NCBI GenBank assembly: GCA_965223265.1
Contig: OZ244999.1
Span: forward strand, 7,456,001-7,520,000
From: Planctomycetota bacterium
Lineage (GTDB): Bacteria; Planctomycetota; UBA8108; SXIK01
Length of the DNA: 64,000 nucleotides
Direction: 5' to 3'
Below, one piece after another: positions 50,831 through 59,830 of the stretch. The stretch's first letter is position 1. Every line of letters begins with the position of its first letter. Below the pieces are notes generated by a model. It ran no database searches. It saw only the letters and a program-made list of their open reading frames with translations, and was not told the origin of the DNA. The position numbers and the translations under genes are program-made.

Positions 50831-52024
50831 ATGAAAAAACTGCTGACGCTTGGGCTATTCGTGGGAGCGGTGACGCAGGCTCAGACGGCCGTCGCGGAAG
50901 AGGCCTCGCAGTTCATCCGCGGCGACGCGAATTGCGACGCCGTCCGCGACATCAGCGATCCGATCTACTCGCTGAACTACCAATTCGGATCCAGGTCAGC
51001 GCCGTGCTGTCAGGAGGTCATCGACACCAACGGCGACGGTCAGGGAGACATCAGCGATGCCATCTTCGACCTCAACTTCCAGTTCGTCAGCGGCACACCG
51101 CCGCCAGCACCGCATCCAACGTGCGGCAGCATCGAAGGCGTCGAGTGCGCCGGCCATCCATGTAACCTACCCGGTGCGTTCATCGACTGGGTGACGGTCG
51201 GTAGCCCTGGTAATCCGCCAGATAGCGACGGCTTCGGCTCTGTGACCGAGGCCTACCGCATCGCCAAGTTCGAAGTGACCAATGCGCAGTGGACCAAATT
51301 CCTCAACACGGTCGATCCCGCAGGCGACAACGCACTGCAGCTCTTCGACGTCAACATGGAGGCCGATCCGAAAGGCGGAATCGCGCTGGTCAGCGCCAAC
51401 GACGATGGCGCTAAGTTCGTCGCCAAGGAAGATCGCAGTGACAAACCGGTCGTCTACATCGACTGGTTCAGCGCCGTGCGCTTCTGTAACTGGCTTCACA
51501 ACGACGAGGGCGGCCCCGGTTCGACCGAGGACGGCGCCTACGAAACGATCGGCGGCGATCCCATAACCGGCGTCACCGACGCGCTCCAGATTCAGCGTAC
51601 GGCGGACGCCAGGTTTTTCGTCCCCACCAAGAACGAGTGGCTCAAAGCCGCGTACTACGAGCCGAACACACAAACCTACTTTGCTCTTGCGGTACAGGTG
51701 AACGGCGACGTCGGTCCGTTCCCCGAAGCGCCGCCAGGCGGCGACCGCTCCGTCAACACGGATTTCGCCGTCGGCGACATGACCGATGTCGGATCGTACG
51801 CAAGTGCGCCAAGTCCGCACGGCACGTTCGACCAGTGCGGCAACGTCTCCGAGTGGATCGAGCACGGATTCTCATCGGACTCTCAGGAACCGCTCGTCCT
51901 GGGAAGCCACTGGAGATTTGCCGCTGTTTTCTGCTGGAGGTTTGGCCATGACGAATGGCGCGCCGCGGACTTCCGTGGCGATCATGTCGGGTTTCGTCCA
52001 GCTGCTTCGGTCGTGAGTCCCTGA
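50831..52024 (+). CDS. Dockerin-like + FGE/SUMF1 (C-lectin fold) secreted protein
   Basis: Signal peptide; FIRGDANCDAVRDISD; WVTVGSPGN, FEVTNAQW, PVVYIDW, EWLKAAY, FDQCGNVSEW, VGFR. Confidence 0.88.
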   Translation: MKKLLTLGLFVGAVTQAQTAVAEEASQFIRGDANCDAVRDISDPIYSLNYQFGSRSAPCCQEVIDTNGDGQGDISDAIFDLNFQFVSGTPPPAPHPTCGSIEGVECAGHPCNLPGAFIDWVTVGSPGNPPDSDGFGSVTEAYRIAKFEVTNAQWTKFLNTVDPAGDNALQLFDVNMEADPKGGIALVSANDDGAKFVAKEDRSDKPVVYIDWFSAVRFCNWLHNDEGGPGSTEDGAYETIGGDPITGVTDALQIQRTADARFFVPTKNEWLKAAYYEPNTQTYFALAVQVNGDVGPFPEAPPGGDRSVNTDFAVGDMTDVGSYASAPSPHGTFDQCGNVSEWIEHGFSSDSQEPLVLGSHWRFAAVFCWRFGHDEWRAADFRGDHVGFRPAASVVSP

Positions 52025-52175
52025 GCGCTCCGCGGTTCTGTCCACCGCGAATGGGCACGCCATTTCTTTTCGAACGGTAGGACTCCGGGGCGCGACGACG
52101 TTCACGTTCCGAACGTCAGCACGCCGAAGAGTTTTTGAACCCTGCGCCACTCTGCGATGGGCATCTCTGGAACAA

Positions 52176-55100
52176 GTGGCAAAATCTGCGGCTTTCTTCT
52201 CCATCTCTCTATATCTTGTTTGGAAGACGAGACCGCGTCGCTGGCAGAACGAACCTGCGAGCTTCCTGCAAAACACTTCCAAAGCAGACACGAGAGATCC
52301 ATCCACAGTGGAACCAAAACCGCTTCCGTCCCCGCAGCTGCTCACCGCGGCGCGAGTCGCTCTGGTACGCTGGATCTGCGCCGGCTCACTGTTCGCGCTT
52401 GCATTGGCTGCGACGTCGCTAAGTGCACAGGATGCAGAAGGCGAAGAGCCCAATCGCGGCGGCAGCCTCAATCTTGACGCCACGGACCCCGAGATCGCGA
52501 GAGAGCGGCTGCACCTCGCCGACGGCTATGAGGTCAACCTGTTCGCGTCAGAGAAACGCTTCCCCATCGACAATCCCGTGTCGATGACGTTCGACGCCAA
52601 GGGACGACTCTGGGTCGTCACGATGCCGTCATACCCGCAGTACCTGCCCGGGGAGCCGCCGAACGACAAGTTGGTCATCCTCGAGGACGTTGATGGTGAT
52701 GGCGCGGCGGACCGCCACATCGTGTTCGCGGATGGCCTTCACGTGCCGACCGGCTTCGAGCTCGGCGACGGCGGCGCCTACATCGCGCAGCAGCCCGACC
52801 TCATCTTTGCACACGACGTCGATGGTGACGACGTCGCCGACGAACGCTCCATCGTCCTGCACGGCTTCGGCAGCGAGGACAGCCATCATTCGATCAGTGC
52901 GTTCACTTGGGGGCCGGGGGGCGCGCTCTACTTCCAGGAAGGAATCTTCCACAACTCGCAAGTGGAGACGCCGTACGGCCCCGTGCGCCTCAAAGATGCG
53001 GGCGTCTTTCGCTACAAGCCACAGCGCGGCTGGCTCGAGGTGTTCGTCTCGTACCCTTTCTCGAATCCATGGGGCCACGTCTTCGATCGCTGGGGGCAAA
53101 ACTTCATCGCTGACGCCTCCGGCGGCGCCAACTACTTCGGGCTGCCGATCACCGGCCACGTCGAACACCCGCGCAAGCATCCTCGCATGAAGACCTTCAC
53201 CACACGAGTACGACCCACTGCCGGTTGCGAAATCGTCTCGAGCCGCCACTTCCCCGACGAGGTGCAGGGGAATTTCATTCTGAACAACTGTATCGGCTTT
53301 CAAGGCGTCAAGCAGCACCGCGTCATCGAGGAGGGATCCGGTTTCACTTCGGAGGAAGTCGAGCCGATCCTCTACTCCTCGGACCGCAACTTTCGGCCGG
53401 TGGATCTGCAGTTCGGCCCCGACGGCGCGCTCTACATCGCCGACTGGTTCAACCCGCTCGTCGGCCACATGCAGTACTCCCTGCGTGACGAGCGGCGCGA
53501 TCACACGCACGGCCGCATCTGGCGGGTCACGTACAAGGGTCGCCCGCTCGTGAAGAAGGCGGCGATCGCAGGCGCGTCGATCCCCGAGTTGCTCGAGCTG
53601 CTCAAGACGTATGAAGATCGCACGCGCTATCGGGTTCGTCGCGAGCTCCGCAGCCATCCGCGCGACGAAGTCGCCGCACACGTCGGACGTTGGGTGAAGA
53701 GTCTTGATGCGAGCTCGGAGAAGTACGAACACCACCTCCTCGAGGCGCTCTGGGTGCATCAAACCGTCAATGTCGTCAGTGAGCCGCTACTGAAACGATT
53801 GCTGAACGCGCGTTCAGGGAAAGCGCGCGCCGCCGCGACGCGAGTTCTTCGGTATTGGCGCGATCGCATCGATGGGGCTTTCGACCTCCTCAGCGCGCAG
53901 GTGCTCGATGCGCATCCGCGCGTCCGCCTCGAAGCGATCGTGGCGCTGAGTCATTTCGTCGACAGCGCGTCCGGAAAACGACCGCGAAGCCGAGAAGCAA
54001 CGGAGGCTGCGCTCGCCGCACTTCGCCACGAGCGGGACGACTATATCGACTACGCGCTGCGGGAAACCATCGCCACACTCGAGCCATACTGGAAGCCGCT
54101 TCTCGCCACCGGTGAGGATCTTTGCACCAGCGATCAACCGGGTCTCGAATACCTTCTCGGCACGCTGTCGACGCCGGACCTACTGAGCGTCCAGCGTTCT
54201 CCCTTGGTGGCGAACGAGCTTCTCCTCCGCCACGACGTCGACGATGCGCAGCGACGCGCAGCGCTACGCGATCTCACTGCGGCCCGCGGTACGACACTCG
54301 CACGAGAGAGCGTCGCCGCACTGGCGCGTGCCGACGCTGCCGGCGGTGAACATGCAGCCCATGTCGTTCACGCGCTGTCGCAAATTCTTCACGGCCTGGA
54401 TGCTGCGGAGATCGCGGCAGTGCGCGGAGATCTGGCGCGACTGGGATCGACAGCGACTTTGGAGTCGACGCGTGATCTGGCGGTGAAATCGGTGATCGAA
54501 ACCGATGCGACGCCGCTACGCTCGTGGAACGACGCCGGCAGCGATTCGGCGCAGCAAACCATCGTCCTCCGTGCGCTCGCGTTGGCCCAGCCGCCAGAGC
54601 TCCGGACCCTGCTCTACCCTCAGGTGCGTGCACTTCTCGATTCCAGGCGCGGCGCACCAGCGAACGACGAACAGGGTCATTCTGTCGTGAGCGCCGCGAT
54701 GACGGCAATCGCGTCGATGACGGAACACCGAGGCGAAGTGGTGGAACTTCTCGCGGACTTTTACCGCAACGGTACCGCGGCTGAGGCGGATGCCGCCGTG
54801 CGAGCGGCTTTGCTCGTGCGCGCCGAGGAATGGCCCCAAGCCGCGGCGGCTGACCTGGCCGAAGCGATCGCCGTGCGTGTCAACGACGTCAAACCGCCTG
54901 CGCGCTCGGCCGTCCCGGTTCAAGAAGCGCTCGAGCTGGCGAACCGCCTCACCGAGCGCCTCCCTGAGACGCGCGCGGTGGCACTCCGTGCCACGCTGGC
55001 CGATCTCGCGGTCGCAGTGATCCTCATTCGTACGGTGCCGCACCAAATGGCGTTCGACAAGACTGAGATCTTCGTTGAAGCCGGCAAGCCCGTCGAGATT

Positions 55101-55979
55101 GTCGTCGAGAACCTCGACATCATGCCGCACAACCTGCTCATCACGGCACCCAAATCGATGGAAGAGGTTGGACAACTGGCAGAGCGCATGGCGACGCTGC
55201 CGGATGCTTTTTCGCGTCACTTCATCCCCGACACCCCGAAAGTTCTTCACGCCACCAAAATGCTGCAGCCGCGCCAAGTTGCACGCCTCAGCTTCGTTGC
55301 GCCGACGGAAACTGGCAGATATCCGTACGTCTGCACCTTCCCGGGTCACTGGCGCAAGATGAACGGCGTCATGCACGTGGTCTCGAACCTCGACAGCTAT
55401 CGCGAACGCCTCGCGGCCGACGCGAATGAAGATGGCGGCGCCGCTGAAGCGCGCCCACTTGTCCGCGAGTGGACCGTCGAGGATCTGCTGCCCGCGCTCG
55501 GCAAAGTCGATCGCGGGCGCTCGTTCGAGCGTGGCAAGGAAATGTTCACGGCTGCCGGTTGCAATCAATGCCACAAGCTCGGCGACGCCACCGGTATCCT
55601 CGGACCAGATCTATCGCAGGTGCGCGACAAGATGCGCGAGAAGAAGATGGGGCGCGTCGACCTGCTGCGAGAAATCGTCGAGCCCTCGAAGGTGATCGCG
55701 AAGGAGTTCAGCGCCCAGGTGATCGTCACCGTCGACGGTCAGCTCGTCACCGGCATCGTGCTCGAAGAAGACGAAAAAACGCTGCGCATTGTCACGAATC
55801 CGCTCGACCAAGAGAAGCCGCGAGTCGTTGCGGTCGAGCGGATCGCTGCGCGGGAACCGTCTGCCGTTTCGCTCATGCCGACTGGTCTTCTTTTCACGCT
55901 GACCGAGGCAGAGATCCTCGATCTCATCGCCTACGTCGAGTCGGCCGCGGATGCATCATCGCCACACTTCTCGAAATGA
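52176..55979 (+). CDS. PVC-type dehydrogenase-like propeller + HEAT + azurin-like cupredoxin + cytochrome c
   Basis: NLFASE, FDAKGRLWV, FRPVDLQFGPDGALYIADW, HGRIWRV; Cu site MPHN...CTFPGHWRKM; heme CNQCH, GPDLS, SLMP. True start probably near GTG 52308. Confidence 0.92.
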   Translation: MAKSAAFFSISLYLVWKTRPRRWQNEPASFLQNTSKADTRDPSTVEPKPLPSPQLLTAARVALVRWICAGSLFALALAATSLSAQDAEGEEPNRGGSLNLDATDPEIARERLHLADGYEVNLFASEKRFPIDNPVSMTFDAKGRLWVVTMPSYPQYLPGEPPNDKLVILEDVDGDGAADRHIVFADGLHVPTGFELGDGGAYIAQQPDLIFAHDVDGDDVADERSIVLHGFGSEDSHHSISAFTWGPGGALYFQEGIFHNSQVETPYGPVRLKDAGVFRYKPQRGWLEVFVSYPFSNPWGHVFDRWGQNFIADASGGANYFGLPITGHVEHPRKHPRMKTFTTRVRPTAGCEIVSSRHFPDEVQGNFILNNCIGFQGVKQHRVIEEGSGFTSEEVEPILYSSDRNFRPVDLQFGPDGALYIADWFNPLVGHMQYSLRDERRDHTHGRIWRVTYKGRPLVKKAAIAGASIPELLELLKTYEDRTRYRVRRELRSHPRDEVAAHVGRWVKSLDASSEKYEHHLLEALWVHQTVNVVSEPLLKRLLNARSGKARAAATRVLRYWRDRIDGAFDLLSAQVLDAHPRVRLEAIVALSHFVDSASGKRPRSREATEAALAALRHERDDYIDYALRETIATLEPYWKPLLATGEDLCTSDQPGLEYLLGTLSTPDLLSVQRSPLVANELLLRHDVDDAQRRAALRDLTAARGTTLARESVAALARADAAGGEHAAHVVHALSQILHGLDAAEIAAVRGDLARLGSTATLESTRDLAVKSVIETDATPLRSWNDAGSDSAQQTIVLRALALAQPPELRTLLYPQVRALLDSRRGAPANDEQGHSVVSAAMTAIASMTEHRGEVVELLADFYRNGTAAEADAAVRAALLVRAEEWPQAAAADLAEAIAVRVNDVKPPARSAVPVQEALELANRLTERLPETRAVALRATLADLAVAVILIRTVPHQMAFDKTEIFVEAGKPVEIVVENLDIMPHNLLITAPKSMEEVGQLAERMATLPDAFSRHFIPDTPKVLHATKMLQPRQVARLSFVAPTETGRYPYVCTFPGHWRKMNGVMHVVSNLDSYRERLAADANEDGGAAEARPLVREWTVEDLLPALGKVDRGRSFERGKEMFTAAGCNQCHKLGDATGILGPDLSQVRDKMREKKMGRVDLLREIVEPSKVIAKEFSAQVIVTVDGQLVTGIVLEEDEKTLRIVTNPLDQEKPRVVAVERIAAREPSAVSLMPTGLLFTLTEAEILDLIAYVESAADASSPHFSK

Positions 55980-56097
55980 TGTGCAAGCTGGAGGGGAACG
56001 CCCTTGCGGCGCTCATCCGCATCCTTAGAATGAGCCTTTCCGTTGCGCCTACACGCTGCGCGTTCGCCCGCAACTCTGCTGCCGCTGGGAACCACCT

Positions 56098-58299
56098 ATG
56101 CACCCGCTCGACGCCCTCGTCCTCGCCGGTTACTTCATCGTCCTCATCGCGATCGGCGTCTACTTCGCTCGCCGCATCCGCGCCCAAGAGGATTTCTTCA
56201 TGGGTGGACGCGGCTTCGGCAAGTTGCTGCAGACGTTCGCCGCCTTCGGCGCTGGGACGGGTTCGGCTGATCCAGTCAATACAGGACGCACGACGATCAC
56301 CAGCGGCCTAAGCGGCATGTGGAGCGTGATGTACTGGCTCTTCGTCACGCCGTTCTACTGGATCACCGGCGTCTGGTACCGCCGCATGCGCCACCTGACG
56401 CTGGGTGACTGGTTCGTAGAGCGCTACGAATCGCGAGCACTCGGGGCCGCGTATGCACTGTGCGGCCTCGCGTTCATGATCGTCTACGGCGGCATGATGT
56501 TCTCGGCGCTCGGCAAGGTCGCGGCACCGATTCTCGACCAGACTCATTTCGTCATCATGGGTGAGCCCTACAAGGTGGAGAACGTTCTGGTGCCGATCAT
56601 CGGCATCGTCGTCCTCGTCTACGGCATCGCGGGGGGATTGAGCGCAGCCTATTTCACGGACCTTATCCAAGGCCTCTGCATCATCTTCCTTTCGATCATG
56701 CTCATTCCCTTCGGACTCGAAGCACTGGTCGAAAAGTTCGGCCAAGGCGACGAAGGTATGCTCTTCGGCTTTAAGATCATTCACGAGCGTTTGCCGGAGA
56801 ACTACTTTCACCTTGTCGGGTCCAGCAGCACCAGTGAGTTTCCACTCCATCGCCTTGTTGCCGTGGTGCTCCTGAACCTCGTCGGCATCGTTGTGCAGCC
56901 ACACTTCATTGCGACTGGCGGTGGTTCAGCGAAAAACGAGATGAGCGCGCGCGTCGGCCTCGTCGTCGGCAACTTCCTCAAGCGATTCTGCACCGTCGGC
57001 TGGGTGCTGACAGCCCTCATCGCCCTGGCACTCTTCGCGGACCACCCGGAAATCGCGGCCGACCCCGACAAGACGTGGGGAGTGACGTCGCGCGAGCTCC
57101 TGGGACCCGGCCTCACCGGTCTCATGCTCGCTTGCCTGCTCGCCGCTCTCATGAGTTCCGTCGACGCCTACATGGTCGTCGGCTCGGCCCTTGTCGTCCG
57201 CAATATCTACGCGCCCTATATCAACCCGAACGCCAGTGAAGCGCAGTACGTTCGTGTCGCACGGATCACGGGCGTTCTCATCGTCGCCGGCGGCGTGTGG
57301 ACGTCGCTCGCGCTCATGGACGTCTTCAAGCAACTGCAGATCTCATGGATCGTCCCAGCGGTGTTCGGCGCTACATTTTGGGTGGGCATGTACTGGCGGC
57401 GCGCAACGCGGGCTGCAGCGTGGACGACGGTCATCTATTGCGTGCTCTTCTTCTTCCTCCTGCCGCTCTTCCTTCCAGTGATTCTTCCGGGCCTCAAAGA
57501 TGATCCGCAGTACGCCGTCACGAATCGAATCGTCGTGACCACGACGACGCGCGAGGCGACGCCCTCCGATGCCTCAAGCCGCGACGGACAGATCAAGCTG
57601 TGGGAAGAGCGCCGCGCGCAGATCGACGACGAAACGAGCGAGTCGGCCCGAGAACAGCTCCTCGCCAGCCTTGGACCGCGGCCTCAACCGCTCGCCCCGG
57701 GCGACGCGATGACACTGCGGTCGACAGGCGGCGGCAAGGCGATCTTCTGGAGCGAAGGCGTCGTCCCGGTCGACGCCGAAGGAAACCCACTCAAGGGCGT
57801 GAAGCCGCGCCCGATCGGTGAGCCCCAGCAAATCGATGCCAACACCACCGAAGTGACGCTGGCCTATGACGAAGGCGTGCGGCTCCGCGGTCAAGGCAAC
57901 TTCAACCTCGACTTCCTTCTCTACAAGTGGGTTGGAGTTGACCTGCCCTCGATGACCAATGCGACGCTCAACACCCTCGAACTACCACCAAAAATCATTG
58001 CGCCGTTTCTCATCATGATCCTTGTCAGCCTCGTCACACGTCGCGGCTCCAAGCAGGCCCTCGATCGCTACTACGCCAAGATGAAAACACCTGTCGATCC
58101 CGATCCCGAACGCGACCGCGAGAAGCTCGAGGCGGCATACGCCAACCCGGAAGAGCTCGAGAAGTTGAAGCTCTTTCCGGGCACGAGCCTCGAATTTCAA
58201 AAACCGTCGCTCCTCGACGCCGGCGGCTTCATCCTCTGCGTTGCCGCCTGCTTTGGGATCATCTGGCTGGCGCTCTTCGTGGCGAGCGTCGGCTCTTAG
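56098..58299 (+). CDS. Sodium:solute symporter family protein
   Basis: DFFMGGR, GGLSAAYFTDLIQG, LAALMSSVD, YWRRAT; many TM helices. Confidence 0.92.
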   Translation: MHPLDALVLAGYFIVLIAIGVYFARRIRAQEDFFMGGRGFGKLLQTFAAFGAGTGSADPVNTGRTTITSGLSGMWSVMYWLFVTPFYWITGVWYRRMRHLTLGDWFVERYESRALGAAYALCGLAFMIVYGGMMFSALGKVAAPILDQTHFVIMGEPYKVENVLVPIIGIVVLVYGIAGGLSAAYFTDLIQGLCIIFLSIMLIPFGLEALVEKFGQGDEGMLFGFKIIHERLPENYFHLVGSSSTSEFPLHRLVAVVLLNLVGIVVQPHFIATGGGSAKNEMSARVGLVVGNFLKRFCTVGWVLTALIALALFADHPEIAADPDKTWGVTSRELLGPGLTGLMLACLLAALMSSVDAYMVVGSALVVRNIYAPYINPNASEAQYVRVARITGVLIVAGGVWTSLALMDVFKQLQISWIVPAVFGATFWVGMYWRRATRAAAWTTVIYCVLFFFLLPLFLPVILPGLKDDPQYAVTNRIVVTTTTREATPSDASSRDGQIKLWEERRAQIDDETSESAREQLLASLGPRPQPLAPGDAMTLRSTGGGKAIFWSEGVVPVDAEGNPLKGVKPRPIGEPQQIDANTTEVTLAYDEGVRLRGQGNFNLDFLLYKWVGVDLPSMTNATLNTLELPPKIIAPFLIMILVSLVTRRGSKQALDRYYAKMKTPVDPDPERDREKLEAAYANPEELEKLKLFPGTSLEFQKPSLLDAGGFILCVAACFGIIWLALFVASVGS

Positions 58300-58320
58300 C
58301 TCCGGCCCGAGGTCACCAGC

Positions 58321-58355
58321 GTAGCAGGCGCATGCCGTGTGCCGTCCGGTCTTGT
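58321..58355 (+). repeat. GTAG-family REP (variant)
   Basis: GTAGCAGGCGCATGCCGTGTGCCGTCCGGTCTTGT; 33 of 35 nt match the minus-strand copy at 26180-26214. Confidence 0.85.
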
Positions 58356-58390
58356 CGGCGTGGGAGTGCGCGTCGGCCGATCCCGTTTGC

Positions 58391-58484
58391 GTGGGAGTGT
58401 GGGAGTGTGGGAGTGTGGGAGTGTGGGAGTGTGGGAGTGTGGGAGTGTGGGAGTGTGGGAGTGTGGGAGTGTGGGAGTGTGGGA
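58391..58484 (+). repeat. Perfect octamer tandem repeat (GTGGGAGT) x 11.75
   Basis: 94 nt, 12 GGG tracts separated by AGTGT. Confidence 0.97.
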
Positions 58485-58664
58485 ACCCGGGTCACCGTAC
58501 GGCGGCGGTCATTGTCGAGGGTACGCGGTGCTCGGAACTGTCAAGGGTGCCCTCGCTGCGCTCGGCGCTGCGCGCCCTTGACAGTTCCTCCGCTCCGCGT
58601 TGGGGGGTGGAGTACCGCCGCCCGGATGCGGCGGGCTCTTGACTCACCGTTTCGGAGGCTTCTC

Positions 58665-58988
58665 ATGCGCTTCATCGCTCTCGATGTCAGTCTCAGTTTG
58701 ATTCGCGACTTGCGGGCTCCACTAGTGCGGCTTCGGAGGCTTGATCCAGATCTCCATCGGCAAATTCGGCAGGCTGCCTCTTCCGTCGCGCTCAATCTCT
58801 CAGAGGGTGCCGAGCGCGCTGGCAAAGATCGGCTCCACCTCTACCGCGTTGCCCGCGGCAGTGCCCGGGAGGTCGAGACTGCCCTGCAGCTCTCGGTGGC
58901 CTGGGGCGATCTCAAGGCCGAAGACGTCTCAGTGCCTCTCCAGACCCTCGATCGACTCCTAGCCCTTCTCAGCGGACTCACGCGCTGA
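58665..58988 (+). CDS. Four-helix-bundle protein (23S rRNA IVP / Avd-like family)
   Basis: SD GGAGG at 58654; 107 aa; QIRQAASSVALNLSEG, YRVARGSAREVETAL match the family pattern QxxRAxxSxxxNIAEG...ARGSxxE. Confidence 0.88.
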   Translation: MRFIALDVSLSLIRDLRAPLVRLRRLDPDLHRQIRQAASSVALNLSEGAERAGKDRLHLYRVARGSAREVETALQLSVAWGDLKAEDVSVPLQTLDRLLALLSGLTR

Positions 58989-59000
58989 GCGAGGCTACTG

Positions 59001-59028
59001 AGCGCCCGCTACTTTCGTAGCGGGCGCT
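59001..59028 (+). terminator. Perfect hairpin after the four-helix-bundle gene
   Basis: AGCGCCCGCTAC-TTTC-GTAGCGGGCGCT followed by a pyrimidine-rich tract. Confidence 0.65.
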
Positions 59029-59200
59029 TCTGTATCTGGCCCTGTCTCCGTCATCCGAATCCGTCTCTGGCTCTGTATCTGCGTCTGTCTCCGCCTCTGA
59101 CTCTGTCATCTGCTTCTGTATCTCTATCCGTCATCCGTCTCTGATTCTGACTCTGATCCTGTCTCTGCCTCCGGTTCCGTCTCTCCCTCTGCCTCTCCCC
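59029..59200 (+). repeat. Degenerate pyrimidine-rich hexamer array (TCTGTC/TCTGCC/TCCGTC-type)
   Basis: About 170 nt with 6-nt periodicity, e.g. TCTGTA TCTGCG TCTGTC TCCGCC TCTGAC TCTGTC. Confidence 0.85.
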
Positions 59201-59308
59201 CGCCTCGAACCCGCCGCGCCAAAAAAAGCACGGCGGCCCTCTGTGCCAATATAGCTGAGACATCTGCCTCCTCAGAAATTACTGTAGAGGGCGAGGAGGT
59301 CCTGGTGG

Positions 59309-59755
59309 ATGGGAGAATCGAAGAAGAACGAAGAGAACACGCCGCAGGCGGGGAAGAAACCTGCGCCTGTGCCGGACCCGGAGGTCCCTGAAAGACCCCG
59401 GCGCCGGACATATCCGGCGGAGTACAAACTGTGGGTCCTTGAGGAAGCAGACAGATTGAAGGAGTCCGGTGAAATGGGCGCGCTGCTTCGGCGCGAGGGG
59501 TTGTACTCCTCACACCTGACGACCTGGCGACAGCAGCGAGAGCAGGGAGCGCTCGATGGACTCAAAGCCAAGAAGCGTGGGCGCAAGGCCAAGGAGATCA
59601 ATCCGCTCGCTCAGCGCCTCGAGGAGCTGGAACGTGAGAATCGCAAGCTCAAGGGCCGTCTGAAACAAGCGGAGACGATCATCGATGTTCAAAAAAAAGT
59701 CTCCGAGATCTTGGGGGCGACGCCGGGGGAGCCGCCAAGCGACGAGGACGAATGA
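59309..59755 (+). CDS. IS3-family transposase OrfA
   Basis: PDPEVPERPRRRTYPAEYK, GALLRREGLYSSHLTTWR, coiled coil, IIDVQKKVSEILG. Confidence 0.9.
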   Translation: MGESKKNEENTPQAGKKPAPVPDPEVPERPRRRTYPAEYKLWVLEEADRLKESGEMGALLRREGLYSSHLTTWRQQREQGALDGLKAKKRGRKAKEINPLAQRLEELERENRKLKGRLKQAETIIDVQKKVSEILGATPGEPPSDEDE

Positions 59756-59815
59756 TGACTGCCGCTCAAGGTCTTTCAAGAACGGTAGGAACGGCGAGAG
59801 CCTGCGAAGCCCTCG
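59752..59815 (+). pseudogene. IS3 orfB 5' fragment
   Basis: ATGA overlap with the orfA stop, -1 frame; the frame closes after about 34 codons inside the 3' end of the convergent gene. Confidence 0.7.
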
Positions 59816-59830
59816 AACACGAGCGCTCCA

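Larger units (their letters stand above)
59244..59815 (+). mobile_element. Truncated IS3-family element (left end, intact orfA, stub of orfB)
   Basis: Probable IRL TGCCAATATAGCTGAGACA; orfA; A8G slippery run at 59691-59699; orfB start MMTAAQGLSRTVGTARACEAL, then similarity is lost; no DDE domain or right IR. Confidence 0.8.

Noticed and set aside
58391-58484. CRISPR array, or ORFs with VWECGSVG / PHSHTPTL repeats
   Set aside because: The 8-bp unit has no spacers and there are no cas genes. The repetitive peptides are translations of the microsatellite; the real gene starts at ATG 58665 with an SD.
50831-58988. Complete diversity-generating retroelement (CLec target + Avd-like gene)
   Set aside because: No reverse transcriptase and no TR/VR pair were seen in the window.
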